From Candidatus Multivoradales bacterium (GTDB lineage Bacteria; Acidobacteriota; Thermoanaerobaculia; Multivoradales; JAHEKO01), in NCBI GenBank assembly GCA_965223855.1, contig CBDCXM010000009.1, positions 1,056,001-1,120,000 on the forward strand: 64,000 bases of DNA. Direction: 5' to 3'. Shown here in pieces: positions 1 to 11,453 of the stretch. The stretch's first letter is position 1, and each line of letters starts with the position of its first letter. The position numbers and the translations under genes are program-made. Below the pieces are notes generated by a model. It was not told the DNA's origin. It searched no databases and was given only the letters and a program-made list of their open reading frames with translations.

Positions 1-940
1 AGGACGCGAGGCCGTCTTCGAGGGCCGTCAGGTCCTCCTCGCCAAGCAGGCCCAGTTCGTCCAGTCCGGCTGCGATGGCCGCCGAGTTGACTTCACTCGC
101 CCGATGAAACGGCATGTCCTCACCGCCCTCCGGGTAGCGCGCGATCGCGATCGAAAGCAGACGCATTCGACCTGAGAGGCGAGGAGGGGCCCGGCGAGGG
201 GCGTACGAGACCGGGATCCAGATGCGCGAGGCGTTCCCTCGAGTATCGACGACCGCCAGGGGCACGAGAGCAGGAAGTTCGCCTACCTGGATCTCGGTCT
301 CGAGGTCGCCCTGCGTCTTGCCTTTCAGGTCGGTCAGTGCGAGCTCCCCCAGTCGCACGCTCCGAATCGGATTGCGGCTCCGGATCTTTGCGACAACCGA
401 CACCGTCGTCTCCGCCTGGGACCTATCGACTTTCAGCGGCTCCTGCGGGCGCAGCAGGTTCACGTCCGGGTAGCCGGGATTGACGACCCCCGGTCCACCC
501 GTGAACTCATAGACGAAGTCGTCTCGTTCCCCGAGGTTGATCTGCCAGGTGCGGTCGAACTCTCGTCCGCGCTGATTCTGAACGGAGATCGACACGGTGT
601 TCTCGCCGGGCTGCAGGCGGAATTCCTCCCGCCGGTCGAGATGGAGGATGACGGTCAGCGCGTCGCCGTTGCGTCTCACCTCGGAGATCGTCGCGGTGGC
701 GAGCCCGTTGAGCGACGTATGGATGAGGTTCTTCCTGAGCTGCTCGGAGAGCGGGCTCAGCACGTCGATCTCGATCCTGCGAACCGTCGCCGCCGGGGCA
801 TCGACGCGATCCCCCGAGATCGCCCCGACCTGGAGGTCCGGCAGCCGCAATTGGAAGCGCTGGATGCGCCCCGCTCCGTTGGCTGCCGGGGCCAGAGCGA
901 TGAGGGCAACGCAGGTCGAGACCAACCGCTTCGAAATCAC
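1..940 (-). CDS. Secreted protein, likely caspase-family (peptidase C14) domain beginning near the window edge; 3'-truncated by the window
   Basis: Manual translation from GTG at 940 (GTGA overlap with the upstream stop): MISKRLVSTCVALIALAPAANG signal peptide; the distal part MRLLSIAIARYPEGGEDMPFHRASEVNSAAIAAGL resembles the first strand/helix of caspase domains. Catalytic residues lie outside the window. Confidence 0.55.
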   Translation of the reverse strand, partial: MISKRLVSTCVALIALAPAANGAGRIQRFQLRLPDLQVGAISGDRVDAPAATVRRIEIDVLSPLSEQLRKNLIHTSLNGLATATISEVRRNGDALTVILHLDRREEFRLQPGENTVSISVQNQRGREFDRTWQINLGERDDFVYEFTGGPGVVNPGYPDVNLLRPQEPLKVDRSQAETTVSVVAKIRSRNPIRSVRLGELALTDLKGKTQGDLETEIQVGELPALVPLAVVDTRGNASRIWIPVSYAPRRAPPRLSGRMRLLSIAIARYPEGGEDMPFHRASEVNSAAIAAGLDELGLLGEEDLTALEDGLAS

Positions 941-2475
941 TCGACCTTCCTCGCGCCTTCCTCCCAGTCCGCGAAGAGATAGTCGGGTGGAGCCTCAGGA
1001 AGATCGGGACTCCACCCCGCCTGGCCGCTCATGCTCATGAAGTCGTAGAGCGTGTCCAGGTGAGAGGGAAGCTGGCGGATCGCGTACTGCCGGACCCAGT
1101 AGTTGGAGTAGCTCTCGATGTAGGCCTGGAGCTGCTCCGCCGCCATCTGAACGGTAGCGGGATCGGCGGTCTCGCTCAGGAGCGTCATGGCGTAGTGGAG
1201 GTGCGCACCGAAGTTCCAGTTTCTGGTGTCGTGCTCGGCAGCCCGCCGGAAGTACTCCCGCGCCTGTGCCAGTTCGTCCTCGGTCCGCCCGACCCTCGAG
1301 AGGAGCTTGCCGTAGTAGTAGAGCGCGGTGGGGTCGTTGGATCGAACCTCGACCGCCTGCCGGAGGTTGTTCTCCGCGGTACGGAACATGTCGAACAGAA
1401 GCGCCTGGATCCCGTTGTCCCGCCAGAGTTCGGCCATCAGTTGGCGATAGCGATGAGTGTCGATCAGCAACGAGCCGGATCCAGTTGCAGCGGTGGCGAA
1501 AGAGGTCTCCACCAGTAGCCGTTCCGCCTGGGCCAGGCGTTCGCGGAGACGAGCGGGGTTCCCGATGAAACCGAGTCCGACGCGCCGATCCTGAACCGCC
1601 GTGTCCAGGAGTTTCGCGAGGACGATCGGCACCTCTTGAGTGTCGTAGGAGAGTTCCCGCAGAGCGTCGAAGGCGAGTCGGTCGGCCTCGTCCTCCTGTG
1701 CGGTGTCCCAATCCACTTCCACTCTGGGTTGAGTGAGGGCCACGGCGGCGGCTCCAACGAAGGCGCCGGCCATCATTCCGCTGTCTCCATCGATCTGTTT
1801 GCCGACGGCGGCGCCGAGTCCGCCCGCAAGTAGGATCTTCCAGCGTTGCCGGCGCTCCTGCCTCTCCATGTACTCCTCCGTAGCGAGCTCCAGCTTGGCC
1901 CAGTCCTTCCAGTGGTCGAGGTAGACGTGGGCCATCTCATGCGCCAGCACATAGGCCAGCTGAGCCTCGTTCTCCAATGAGGCGACGAGGCCGGTGGAGA
2001 GGTAGATCGTGCCCGTCGACAATGTCTCCGCGAACGGCACCGGGTCGTTGATGAGTCGGAACGAGAAATAAGTGAGTGTTCCCTCGGGCACGAGGCTCTG
2101 GCCGAGTCGATTGACGTAGGCCTGAATCATCAGGTTGTCGTAGAGCGTGTCTCGACCGTGCAGCCGAAGTCTGTCCTCGCGAATCACCACGGGACTTGAC
2201 GGCTGGGATGTATTCACCTCGAACGCCCGCCTCATGTGCTTCTTGAGGTTGTTGCCATGCTGTTGATCCACGGCTTCTCGGAACTCTTCGTCCGTCTCGT
2301 AGAGCTCTGCCGCCAACTCCTCGATCCGAGCTCGCGTCCGCTGCTCGCGCTTCTCCTTGCGCTGCTCGCTCCCCTCGCGACTCATCACCTTCTTGAGCTT
2401 CTTGAGCTGCGCCGCTTCCAGACTGGGTTCGAGGGCCACTGCCCCCAGGACGATCAAGGCGAGTAGACGCTTCAT
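937..2475 (-). CDS. M48-family zinc metalloprotease with C-terminal TPR repeats, secreted
   Basis: Signal peptide MKRLLALIVLGAVALEPSLEA; GTIYLSTGL...ENEAQLAYVLAHEMAH (HEXXH) and QEDEAD motifs; TPR-like C-terminus. ATG at 2475 overlaps the upstream TGA. Confidence 0.85.
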   Translation of the reverse strand: MKRLLALIVLGAVALEPSLEAAQLKKLKKVMSREGSEQRKEKREQRTRARIEELAAELYETDEEFREAVDQQHGNNLKKHMRRAFEVNTSQPSSPVVIREDRLRLHGRDTLYDNLMIQAYVNRLGQSLVPEGTLTYFSFRLINDPVPFAETLSTGTIYLSTGLVASLENEAQLAYVLAHEMAHVYLDHWKDWAKLELATEEYMERQERRQRWKILLAGGLGAAVGKQIDGDSGMMAGAFVGAAAVALTQPRVEVDWDTAQEDEADRLAFDALRELSYDTQEVPIVLAKLLDTAVQDRRVGLGFIGNPARLRERLAQAERLLVETSFATAATGSGSLLIDTHRYRQLMAELWRDNGIQALLFDMFRTAENNLRQAVEVRSNDPTALYYYGKLLSRVGRTEDELAQAREYFRRAAEHDTRNWNFGAHLHYAMTLLSETADPATVQMAAEQLQAYIESYSNYWVRQYAIRQLPSHLDTLYDFMSMSGQAGWSPDLPEAPPDYLFADWEEGARKVE

Positions 2476-3128
2476 CAGTTGCCTCCTGCGGAAGATAGGA
2501 ACTCCTGACCGAGGCGGACGACCAACTGCGCCTCGGCCTCGGTACGACCGATCGACCGCATGCGGTACTTCGGTCCGGTGGTTTCGATTCCAAAGGCCCC
2601 ACTCGTCACCGACTGCCATCGCTCAGAAAAGACGAACGCTTCGACATCGCCGGGGCTGACCGAGAAGCCGTCGTCCGACACCTCGGTCAGGTAGTGGACA
2701 CCGCTAGCCCCGAACTTGAGGTGGCCGAAGCAACTGCCCTCGGACTTGGCGAATCCCCTCAGCCCGCGATGGAGGTGAAAGACCCGCACTACGGCGTCGC
2801 CTCCGTTCTCGAGTGAGAAGCGCATCAGAGCCTCGGCCTCGGAAAGTGCTGCTCCGGTCGGCGGGCGATGCTCGTTCAGGATCGCGAACGCCAGGTTCTG
2901 CGCGATCATCGGATCGGCGCCATCGAGCTCCCACGCTTCCTCGAGAGAATTGATCGCCGCGGAGTAGCGCTCGTACTGAAGGTGCCGCAGCCCCTGCTGG
3001 AGGAGCCGGGTGACCTCGGCCGGTTGAGAGGTGGATGGGGAAACTGAGCCGAGGGCAAGGCAAAGGAACACCTGGCCTACAGCCGGGAAGACACGTCGAT
3101 TCACAGAGAGTCCCTCCGAACTCCGCAA
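2475..3128 (-). CDS. Hypothetical exported TPR-containing protein
   Basis: 217-aa ORF with hydrophobic N-terminus and a TPR-like helix pair (LLQQGLRHLQYERYSAAINSLEEAWELD); translationally coupled to the M48 gene. Confidence 0.6.
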   Translation of the reverse strand: MRSSEGLSVNRRVFPAVGQVFLCLALGSVSPSTSQPAEVTRLLQQGLRHLQYERYSAAINSLEEAWELDGADPMIAQNLAFAILNEHRPPTGAALSEAEALMRFSLENGGDAVVRVFHLHRGLRGFAKSEGSCFGHLKFGASGVHYLTEVSDDGFSVSPGDVEAFVFSERWQSVTSGAFGIETTGPKYRMRSIGRTEAEAQLVVRLGQEFLSSAGGN

Positions 3129-3484
3129 AGCGGACGGCAGTACTGCAAACAGAGATGGGCGGATACTTGGAATTAGAGTAGCACTCCTAAGGGTATGCCC
3201 GCGTCGGCCGGTCCCGGTCGCAGGTAGCTGTTCCGTCCGAACGCACCCCCTCAGGGAGACAAGCGGAAATCAGCGGCGAAGAGTCCGATGCCGCGCAACA
3301 TCGAGCGGCCTTCTTCCTGGCCCGTCCTGAAGGGCACGCTCCAACCTACTCGTGGAAGCCGTCGCGGAGAGCTGTGAGCGTAGGTGTCCGCACCTGAGAC
3401 GCGACTCCTCTGGCGCCGTCGGGTCCGCTCGAGACCCGAAGCACGGGATCGGACTCCAGGAGACGATTCTCCGCGAGTTCTTGT

Positions 3485-4861
<1,377 letters not shown>

Positions 4862-5007
4862 TTCCGTCTATTCCGCGGGGTGGGCAGGCCCTGCATTGCG
4901 AGGATCCAGCGTCAGTTCGTCGAGAGCGCGTCAGTCGAAGGTCGAGACCGAGTGTATCGAGACACGCCCGCCGACCGAGTTCGTGATCGGCGACGAGTGA
5001 GGTAGCC

Positions 5008-6330
5008 CTAAGAGCCGGTCGCCAACTCGAGCGCGAGTTCGAGCGCGGCCTCCGGGGTGGAAGGGTGGTCGGGGTCGAGGCCGTTCCCTTCCCAGCCGAG
5101 GCCTGTGTCGGGGTCATAGGTGCGCCCGATCGGCAGCTGGAGCCCGAAGTCTCCGGGCAATCGCCGCAGGTCGGCGAGGTGGCCGGCGCCCGCGGTCGTC
5201 TCACCGACAAGGGTCGCGCGGCCGTTGCGGCGCAGGCCGAAGGCGAAGCTCTCGGCGGCGGAAGCGGTGAGGCTGCTGGTGAGCAGGTAGAGCGGCACGG
5301 TCGGCAGGCGGCCGGCCTCCGTGACGGGCTCGGTCCAGCGCTCCTCGGGGCCGGAGGTCCAGGGCGCTTCGCTCACGGCCAGAAGGGTCGGTTCGGCGAA
5401 GAAGTACGACGACAGCGCACGGACCATGGCCGGCTCGCCGCCGGGGCAGCCGCGCAGATCGATGACCATCGCATCGACATCGCGGAAGCGCGGCATCAGC
5501 GCGGCGAGGCGCTCGAGGGCGGGAGGCGAGCCGTCGAAGCCGGCGACCTCGAGGTAACCGATGTTGCCGTCGCGGAGCTCGGCTCTGGCGAGACCGTAGT
5601 CCGCACCGGTCGAGCGCTTCTCCGGCACCGGGCCGCCGTGCTCGGGCTGTCCGTCGTTCGGGCTATGCGAGGAGTCCTCCCAGCGGCCGTCGGCCGTGAC
5701 GGGATCGAGCACGGCGAGATGTCGGTCGTCCTGCAGCTCGCGCAGTTCGCGCGTCAGCGTCTCCGCCAGCCGGATGTTCGAGTCGATGTCGGCGAAGCGC
5801 TCGACCTCCCAGGCGGCCACCGCATCCGCCAGCCGCTCGCGCTGCTCGCGCAGCACATAGGCGGAGCGCAGCAGATGGGCAACCTCCTCGAGCAGGCTCC
5901 CGAGCACGATGCGGTCGATCGTCGGCGTCGCCGGCGCCGGTCGGCCGGGACGGAAGCTGACGGAGAGGGGAGTGTCGCTCCCAGCGTTCTCGAAGGCGAG
6001 GTTCAGGGTGAGGTAGTCGCCCTCCTGTTCGCCTGCGAGCACCAGAGTGGCAAAGGTCGGTCCGGAGTCGGCGATCTCCTCGACCGCTACCTGCCCGTGG
6101 CGGGAGGCGAGAAAGCCGAGCGCTGTCGCCAGTTTCGCGTTGCGTTCGCGCTCGCCGAAGACGGCGTCGAGCCGGGCTTCGCGCTCTGCCGGGTCGGGAT
6201 CGTTGAAGGCCGCGACGATCGCTTCGGCGAGGCGTTGCTCGCGCCCCACCTCGTCGGCTTCGAGGCCGCGGTGACCGACCGCGCTCAGCGCCGCGATCAG
6301 AAGGAGCATGCGGGGGTGTAGGAGCTTCAT
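5008..6330 (-). CDS. S41-family peptidase, secreted
   Basis: Signal peptide MKLLHPRMLLLIAALSAVG; NIGYLEV, MVIDLRGCPGG, TASAAESFAF and LVGETTAGA motifs. Confidence 0.9.
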   Translation of the reverse strand: MKLLHPRMLLLIAALSAVGHRGLEADEVGREQRLAEAIVAAFNDPDPAEREARLDAVFGERERNAKLATALGFLASRHGQVAVEEIADSGPTFATLVLAGEQEGDYLTLNLAFENAGSDTPLSVSFRPGRPAPATPTIDRIVLGSLLEEVAHLLRSAYVLREQRERLADAVAAWEVERFADIDSNIRLAETLTRELRELQDDRHLAVLDPVTADGRWEDSSHSPNDGQPEHGGPVPEKRSTGADYGLARAELRDGNIGYLEVAGFDGSPPALERLAALMPRFRDVDAMVIDLRGCPGGEPAMVRALSSYFFAEPTLLAVSEAPWTSGPEERWTEPVTEAGRLPTVPLYLLTSSLTASAAESFAFGLRRNGRATLVGETTAGAGHLADLRRLPGDFGLQLPIGRTYDPDTGLGWEGNGLDPDHPSTPEAALELALELATGS

Positions 6331-6493
6331 CGAGGTCTCCTTGCTTCGTTGGGTCCACTGGTGCAAACGCCAGAGGGAAGAAGCGGTTCCCGGGAGCCTG
6401 CTGCCGCTCCTGGTCGGGGAACCCACGTCGTGGCGCCGGCAGAGTCGTCGTTGCATCCTCGACGACAGCTGCAGTGGTTTCGCCTGCAGCGCC

Positions 6494-7108
6494 TCAGTAG
6501 GGCAGCGCCTCGTAGACGACGTTCTCCACCAGACCTCCCGGGTGTGGCGTGGTGTTGCTGAAGGTCACCGGCAGTGTGGTGCAGGCGAGGTTGCTGCCGC
6601 ACGGTACGAGATCGAAGTGGACGTGCGGGAAGGTGCCGACATCACCGGTGTCGCCGGTGCGGGCGATCGGGTCGCCCGCCTGCACGGCGTCGCCGACCTC
6701 GACGAGGTTGCCGAACTGCTCGAGATGGACGTACTCGCTGACCACTCCGTCGGCATGCTGGATCTGAATCCAGTTCGATCCGGTCAATCCTCGGCTGCCG
6801 GCCGGCTGGTCGATCCTGAGTCCGACGACCACGCCGTCGCGGGCCGAGGTGACGATGGAACCGAACGGCATCTCGAGGTCGTACGCGTACCTGAGGGTCC
6901 CCTGATGGCTGTGCTGCGTGCAGTTGCCTTGCGAAACTCGATGGGCTCGCCCGACCGGATAGGGAAGTACGTAAGCTGAAGTCGCCCAGTCCGGGTAGCC
7001 GCCGCAGATCTCGTCGGTCGGCGCCGTCGGCCCCGAGGCGTTGTCGTCGCCGGACTCACATCCGGCGGCTAGGAGGGCCAGAACGGCCAGGGCGAGTGAG
7101 CGGGCCAT
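6494..7108 (-). CDS. M23-family metallopeptidase lipoprotein
   Basis: Lipobox LAAGC; HQGTLRYAYD (HxxxD-like), YVHL and PHVHF (HxH) motifs. Confidence 0.9.
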   Translation of the reverse strand: MARSLALAVLALLAAGCESGDDNASGPTAPTDEICGGYPDWATSAYVLPYPVGRAHRVSQGNCTQHSHQGTLRYAYDLEMPFGSIVTSARDGVVVGLRIDQPAGSRGLTGSNWIQIQHADGVVSEYVHLEQFGNLVEVGDAVQAGDPIARTGDTGDVGTFPHVHFDLVPCGSNLACTTLPVTFSNTTPHPGGLVENVVYEALPY

Positions 7109-7168
7109 CGCGACGAGCCTACTCTCTTCGGGTCGAAACCTCGTTGACTGGGCGGACGCCCCAGGTTC

Positions 7169-7210
7169 AGGTGTCACTCCAGCTTCAGGTGTCACAGGAA
7201 CACCGCAAGG
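7169..7210 (+). repeat. L end motif with partial tandem duplicate
   Basis: aggtgtcac (7169-7177), then aggtgtcacaggaacaccgcaagg (7187-7210). Confidence 0.85.
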
Positions 7211-7310
7211 AGTCGCCCGATCTCGTGGGCTCGACGCCACCTTCGCTGGGGAGATAGTGCCGTAGCGTTAATGCAAGGATGAGGATCGTCCCTCCGTCTG
7301 TAGGGACGAG

Positions 7311-7592
7311 ATGGGCTACAGACTTCGCCACCTCCCCGGCCCTCGCCTCGTCGAGGTCACAGCCCGCGCTGTGCAGCGTCGCTTCCTGCTACGGCCCTCT
7401 GCCAAGGTCAACGCCATCATCATCGGCGCCCTGGCCCGTGCTCAACGCAAGTACGGAATGAAGGTCTGCTACTGCGTCTACCTCTCGAACCACGCCCACC
7501 TGCTGCTGTGGCCCGACGACTCGAAGCAGCTCGCCGACTTCATGCGCTACGCCCACTCGAAGATCGCCAAGGAGCTAGGCCGGACCCACGAC
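7311..7592 (+). pseudogene. 5' fragment of the HUH/Y1 transposase
   Basis: First ~94 codons nearly identical to the intact copies (includes NHAH); similarity ends at ELGRTHD and is followed by R motifs. Confidence 0.9.
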
Positions 7593-7636
7593 CCTTCAGA
7601 CGCAGCCCGAAGGGAGGCGAAGGGAAATGAGTCTGG

Positions 7637-7689
7637 GTCTTCAGTACTCCTGTCAGGCCTCCACCCGTCAGTATTCCTCTGAGGCCTCC
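7637..7689 (+). repeat. Two tandem R end motifs
   Basis: tcttcagtactcctgtcaggcctcc and tcagtattcctctgaggcctcc. Confidence 0.85.
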
Positions 7690-7711
7690 TCCCCACCTCC
7701 CCAGAGGGACC

Positions 7712-8233
7712 TCACCCCTTCGGTCGATCGCCGATCCGGTCCAGCAGGCGACGCAGTCGAGGCAGAGCCGCGCGGTCCTTCTCGCGGCCGGCGGCTTCCT
7801 TCGAGCGAATGACGTCGGCGAGTGCCGCCACGGTTGCGCTCACTCCTTCGCCGACCTCGACGACCACCGCCTGTCGCTTCAGGTCGGGATAGCCGCGTGT
7901 GCCGCTGGGAACGAAGGTCAAATCGAGATCCCCGGCGGCGGTGGTGAGGTTGAGGATCGCGTCCGGCGAGAGGCTCCCCAGAAACTCGGCCGAACAATCG
8001 AACGGCAGGCCCTCGGCGACGCCGTCCGTGCGGATCCTCGCCGAGAGCTCCCCGAGCGCCCCGGCCAGTCGTCTCAGGTTGTCGGGTGAACGTTCCGGCA
8101 CCACGTCGAGATCGATCGTTACTCCGACATCGCCGTAGAGCACGGCGGCCATTCCGCCGATCAGGACGAAGCGAACCCCCGCAGCCTCGAGGACCCGGAG
8201 CATCCTCTCCGGGTCGAACTCACCCGCTGCCAT
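7712..8233 (-). CDS. Nucleotidyltransferase-fold protein (putative toxin/effector of an HTH-NTase pair)
   Basis: FVLIGGMAAVLYG..TIDLDV (GG...DxD) motif and a C-terminal LADVIRSKEAAGREKD typical of this NTase family. Confidence 0.8.
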   Translation of the reverse strand: MAAGEFDPERMLRVLEAAGVRFVLIGGMAAVLYGDVGVTIDLDVVPERSPDNLRRLAGALGELSARIRTDGVAEGLPFDCSAEFLGSLSPDAILNLTTAAGDLDLTFVPSGTRGYPDLKRQAVVVEVGEGVSATVAALADVIRSKEAAGREKDRAALPRLRRLLDRIGDRPKG

Positions 8234-8549
8234 GAAGGGCCGCCAACGATGCCCGCCCGCGCTGAACCAGGCGCGCCGCGCGGGCGGCCGCGCTCAACCG
8301 CTCGGCCGGTGTCAGTCTGAGAGTGCGCTCGAACATCGAATCGGTCCCCGGATCCGGCTCGCCGAGCGCGGCTTCGATCTCGAACCCGGCGGCACGCACC
8401 AACCGCTCGACCAACTCCGCTGCCGGCTGGCGCACCCCATTCTCGATCCGCGCCACGGTCGATGTGGCGGTTCCAGCCCGCCGGGCGAGGGCTGCCTGGG
8501 AGAGCCCGGCGCGGAGGCGCGCCTCGCGGACGAGAGAGGAGAGGCCCAT
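8220..8549 (-). CDS. XRE-family HTH protein (putative antitoxin/regulator)
   Basis: LVREARLRAGLSQAALARRAGTATSTVARIENG HTH_3 signature; C-terminal LTPAERL; overlaps the downstream NTase gene. Confidence 0.85.
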   Translation of the reverse strand: MGLSSLVREARLRAGLSQAALARRAGTATSTVARIENGVRQPAAELVERLVRAAGFEIEAALGEPDPGTDSMFERTLRLTPAERLSAAARAARLVQRGRASLAALHGSG

Positions 8550-8627
8550 AGCGAGGATGATAGCCGATTGGCGTCCATCGAGCCTCGAGTTGGACCACAA
8601 CCTCGGTCCGCTCGTAGTAGCGATCCA

Positions 8628-8654
8628 CTCTTCAGTATTCCTGAGAGGCCTCTA
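8628..8654 (+). repeat. R end motif (solo)
   Basis: ctcttcagtattcctgagaggcctcta, followed by the stutter ggcctctaattcg/ggcctccaattcg. Confidence 0.9.
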
Positions 8655-8799
8655 ATTCGGGCCTCCAATTCGGAGCTCAATTGTGCTTGGGGTTCGCAGG
8701 GAGCAGGCCTCCGATCGTCAGAGCTGGGGTGAACTCGGCGGCAAGCCGGCAGCATGGCCCGCTGCGATCTCGCTGATTCTCTGAGATAGCTCAGCGAGG

Positions 8800-8860
8800 G
8801 GCGGTTCCGGTTTCTCGACGGCGCTTCAGGAAACGCTCACCGCCATCGAGACATCGCGGC
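8800..8860 (+). repeat. ~61-bp direct repeat of 11504-11565
   Basis: ggcggttccggtttYtcgacggcgc(c)ttcaggaaacgctcaccgccatcgagacatcgcggc occurs at both sites; it contains the 3' end of the 11542-11919 gene. Confidence 0.9.
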
Positions 8861-9084
8861 CTGGGGAGGTGCGACGGCACCCGATCCGGCGAGCCACCAC
8901 CCAACCAAGTGATAGTCTCTTGAGCACAGGCAAGCCACTCAAGACCCCACGCCGAGGCCCATCGTCCGGGCGCCGTTCGAACTGCCCAGCCGACCGGAGC
9001 CAGAGGAACCGCGAGTCCAAGGCTCTCTCAGGCGGGACGCATCGGGCGCGGCAGCGACATCGTCGCGCACCCCGAGGAGACAGC

Positions 9085-9789
9085 ATGCCCGACCTGACGG
9101 CTAGGCGCTCCACCATTGTGATGGCAATGCTCCTGACGACGCTCCTGCTCGGAGCGCCGAGAGCCGCCCGAGCGTGGTGCGAGTTGAGTGATGGGAAGCA
9201 GTACAGAATCTTCCAACTGCGCACCGAGCTGATCCTCGATGCCTACGAGAGCAACGGCATCCGAAAGGACGGACGACGCAAGGACCACGCAGCCGTCTTG
9301 AGGCCTCCGAGAGGCATCAACGACGGGACCCAGGTTTGGGTCGCCGAGCGAGGATCGGCTCGTGGGAGGGGGCAATCCAATGCGGAGCTGGGCTGCACCC
9401 TCAAGCAGGCGAGCTCGGTAGACGAAGACCGCGGCTATCTGGACGCCTACAGCACTTCATATGACGACCACATGGTCGTGACCAGGCGGAGGCAGTTTCC
9501 CGACGAGAACTGCAGCGTCCCTTGCCTCGGCCATCATCCCAGCCAGGTTTGGGACATCCAGCGCAGCCACAGGCGGCGCCCTCGCGGCTTCGACGGATGC
9601 TCTGTTTATTCCGTGCAGCAGTTCTCGTCCAGTCGATGGTTGGATGCCTATCTCTATCCCAACAACGACGGGCAGGTCGTCACGAGGCGCTTTGTGCGCA
9701 ACGAGCAGAAGCCCGACGGCGAGAACCAACATGAGCGACAGCTGTGGCTCTTCTGTGGTCGAACCGAGGGTCCGCGCTCTTCGAACTGA
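9085..9789 (+). CDS. Secreted ricin-B/beta-trefoil-like protein
   Basis: RBS gaggag; signal peptide; three repeats of LDAY...V(V/L)xR...Q(V/L)W (QxW repeats). Confidence 0.7.
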   Translation: MPDLTARRSTIVMAMLLTTLLLGAPRAARAWCELSDGKQYRIFQLRTELILDAYESNGIRKDGRRKDHAAVLRPPRGINDGTQVWVAERGSARGRGQSNAELGCTLKQASSVDEDRGYLDAYSTSYDDHMVVTRRRQFPDENCSVPCLGHHPSQVWDIQRSHRRRPRGFDGCSVYSVQQFSSSRWLDAYLYPNNDGQVVTRRFVRNEQKPDGENQHERQLWLFCGRTEGPRSSN

Positions 9790-9868
9790 GTTCTGGCTGA
9801 GTGCCGAGATGAGTCGACACATCCTCTCTCGAGGTTCGGGCTCAGGACCTGCCGGCGACCCGGAGGTG

Positions 9869-10822
9869 TCAGTCGCTCTGTGTCAGAAACCGAACGATCT
9901 CCGGCAGCACCTCTTCGCCACGTTCGTACACAGCAGCGTGCCCAGCATCGGCCACGGGCAGGAAGCTGGCTCCCGGCATCGCCTGCAGAATCGATTCATG
10001 ATCCTCGAAGGGCAGCACACGATCGTCCCTTCCCCAGATCAAGAGGACCTCGCGCTCGTGACGCCCCACCGACGTGTACTTGTCGAGGATGTTCGGTGGT
10101 AGCTCTCGCCACGAAGAGAGGTGTGCCCGCCGCCAGCCTTTGAGCGAGATCTCCTGCTCGACGAGCCCAACGACCCTGTCCACATCGATCCTCTCGGTGC
10201 TCGAGAAGTTGATCTCGGGGAACCTCTCGACGATCTTCCGGCTCAGCAGCCTCAGAGCGAGATTGCCGAGGATGGGCACTCGGAAGAGCCGGAAGTCTCG
10301 CTCCACCGAGGGCGATGCACCAGCAGGTGAATGTAGGACCAATCGATCGACTCGATCGGGGAACCGCTCAGCGAAGGCGACCGCCACGCCGCCTCCCAAT
10401 GAGGCGGCCACCAGGTGAATCGGTTCCGTCACACCGACCGCCTCCAGGAGTTCACTTAGCTGGCGCAAGAAGAGGTCCTCGTTGTATCTGGCGGAAGGGC
10501 GATCAGAGAGCCAGCGGCCGTAGAGGTCGTAGCGCAGAACGCGCAGGCCCGCTTCCGACAAGACACCGGCTGCTTCGTCGAACCACCAGTAACCTCCGAT
10601 GTCGCCCGGGATCAGCACGACCGTTGGTGCGTCGGAGTCTCCTTCAAGATCGTAGTGAACGATGCCGTCGCTGAGTTCTACAAAGCTGCCCGGAGAGGCC
10701 GCTCTGACGCCTTCGTCGAGGACTACTTGTTCCGGATCGAGAAGTTGGAGCCCGAGCATGATGATTAGGGCAATAGAGACCGCTGCGGCGCCGACGGTCC
10801 GAGGCAGCGGCACTCTAATCAT
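9869..10822 (-). CDS. Alpha/beta hydrolase with N-terminal membrane anchor
   Basis: RVLRYDLYGRW.SD, nucleophile elbow AASLGG, WGRDD and AGH catalytic motifs. Confidence 0.9.
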   Translation of the reverse strand: MIRVPLPRTVGAAAVSIALIIMLGLQLLDPEQVVLDEGVRAASPGSFVELSDGIVHYDLEGDSDAPTVVLIPGDIGGYWWFDEAAGVLSEAGLRVLRYDLYGRWLSDRPSARYNEDLFLRQLSELLEAVGVTEPIHLVAASLGGGVAVAFAERFPDRVDRLVLHSPAGASPSVERDFRLFRVPILGNLALRLLSRKIVERFPEINFSSTERIDVDRVVGLVEQEISLKGWRRAHLSSWRELPPNILDKYTSVGRHEREVLLIWGRDDRVLPFEDHESILQAMPGASFLPVADAGHAAVYERGEEVLPEIVRFLTQSD

Positions 10823-11372
10823 CCCCGGACAAGGCGCTCCACCCCAGCCTGCGAAGGACGTAGAAGTAGCGAGCCAAGAGCAGAGCGAGGACCGGAAGCA
10901 TCGCGAAGTTCACCCAGGGGAAGCGATCGATCGCGGCGGCGGCGGCGAGCAGAACAGCGACTGCGATGGCAGCCAGAGGAAGGAATACACGGTTCTTCAG
11001 CGTCAGGTTCCAGAGCTGCTGCAAGACCGGAATAGCGGCCACCGTCAGATAGAAACGCTGCCACTGCTCGGTTCCAGCTCTACCAATGTCCAGGTATCCG
11101 AGGAAGAAGAAGGCCAGAAACAGCAACACGATCTCGCCAAGGTCGAGAAGGAACGGCACTGCGCCATAGCTTCCTGGAGGTCGTGCCTCTGTTCGCAAGT
11201 AGGAAGCACTGAAGAAGGCGACCAGGACGAGGCCGAAGTAGAGAGAAGTGTCGGCAGCGGCGCTGGCCAAGTCCGGGTGGTTGGCCGCCTTGTGAATCCA
11301 CAGCACAAGGCCGGTGCCGAGAACCGCCGGGTAGTACAGGGAGTGCATGAGCACTCGGTAGGAAGTGGACAT
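10815..11372 (-). CDS. Hypothetical multi-pass membrane protein
   Basis: 185 aa with about 6 hydrophobic segments; overlaps the hydrolase start. Confidence 0.7.
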   Translation of the reverse strand: MSTSYRVLMHSLYYPAVLGTGLVLWIHKAANHPDLASAAADTSLYFGLVLVAFFSASYLRTEARPPGSYGAVPFLLDLGEIVLLFLAFFFLGYLDIGRAGTEQWQRFYLTVAAIPVLQQLWNLTLKNRVFLPLAAIAVAVLLAAAAAIDRFPWVNFAMLPVLALLLARYFYVLRRLGWSALSGDD

Positions 11373-11453
11373 CTGGGGCGGATCTTAGCCGCAGGAATGC
11401 GGTTCCGACTTGGTTTGAGCCTCGGTTCTAGGGAATCGTCGCGCTCCACGCCG

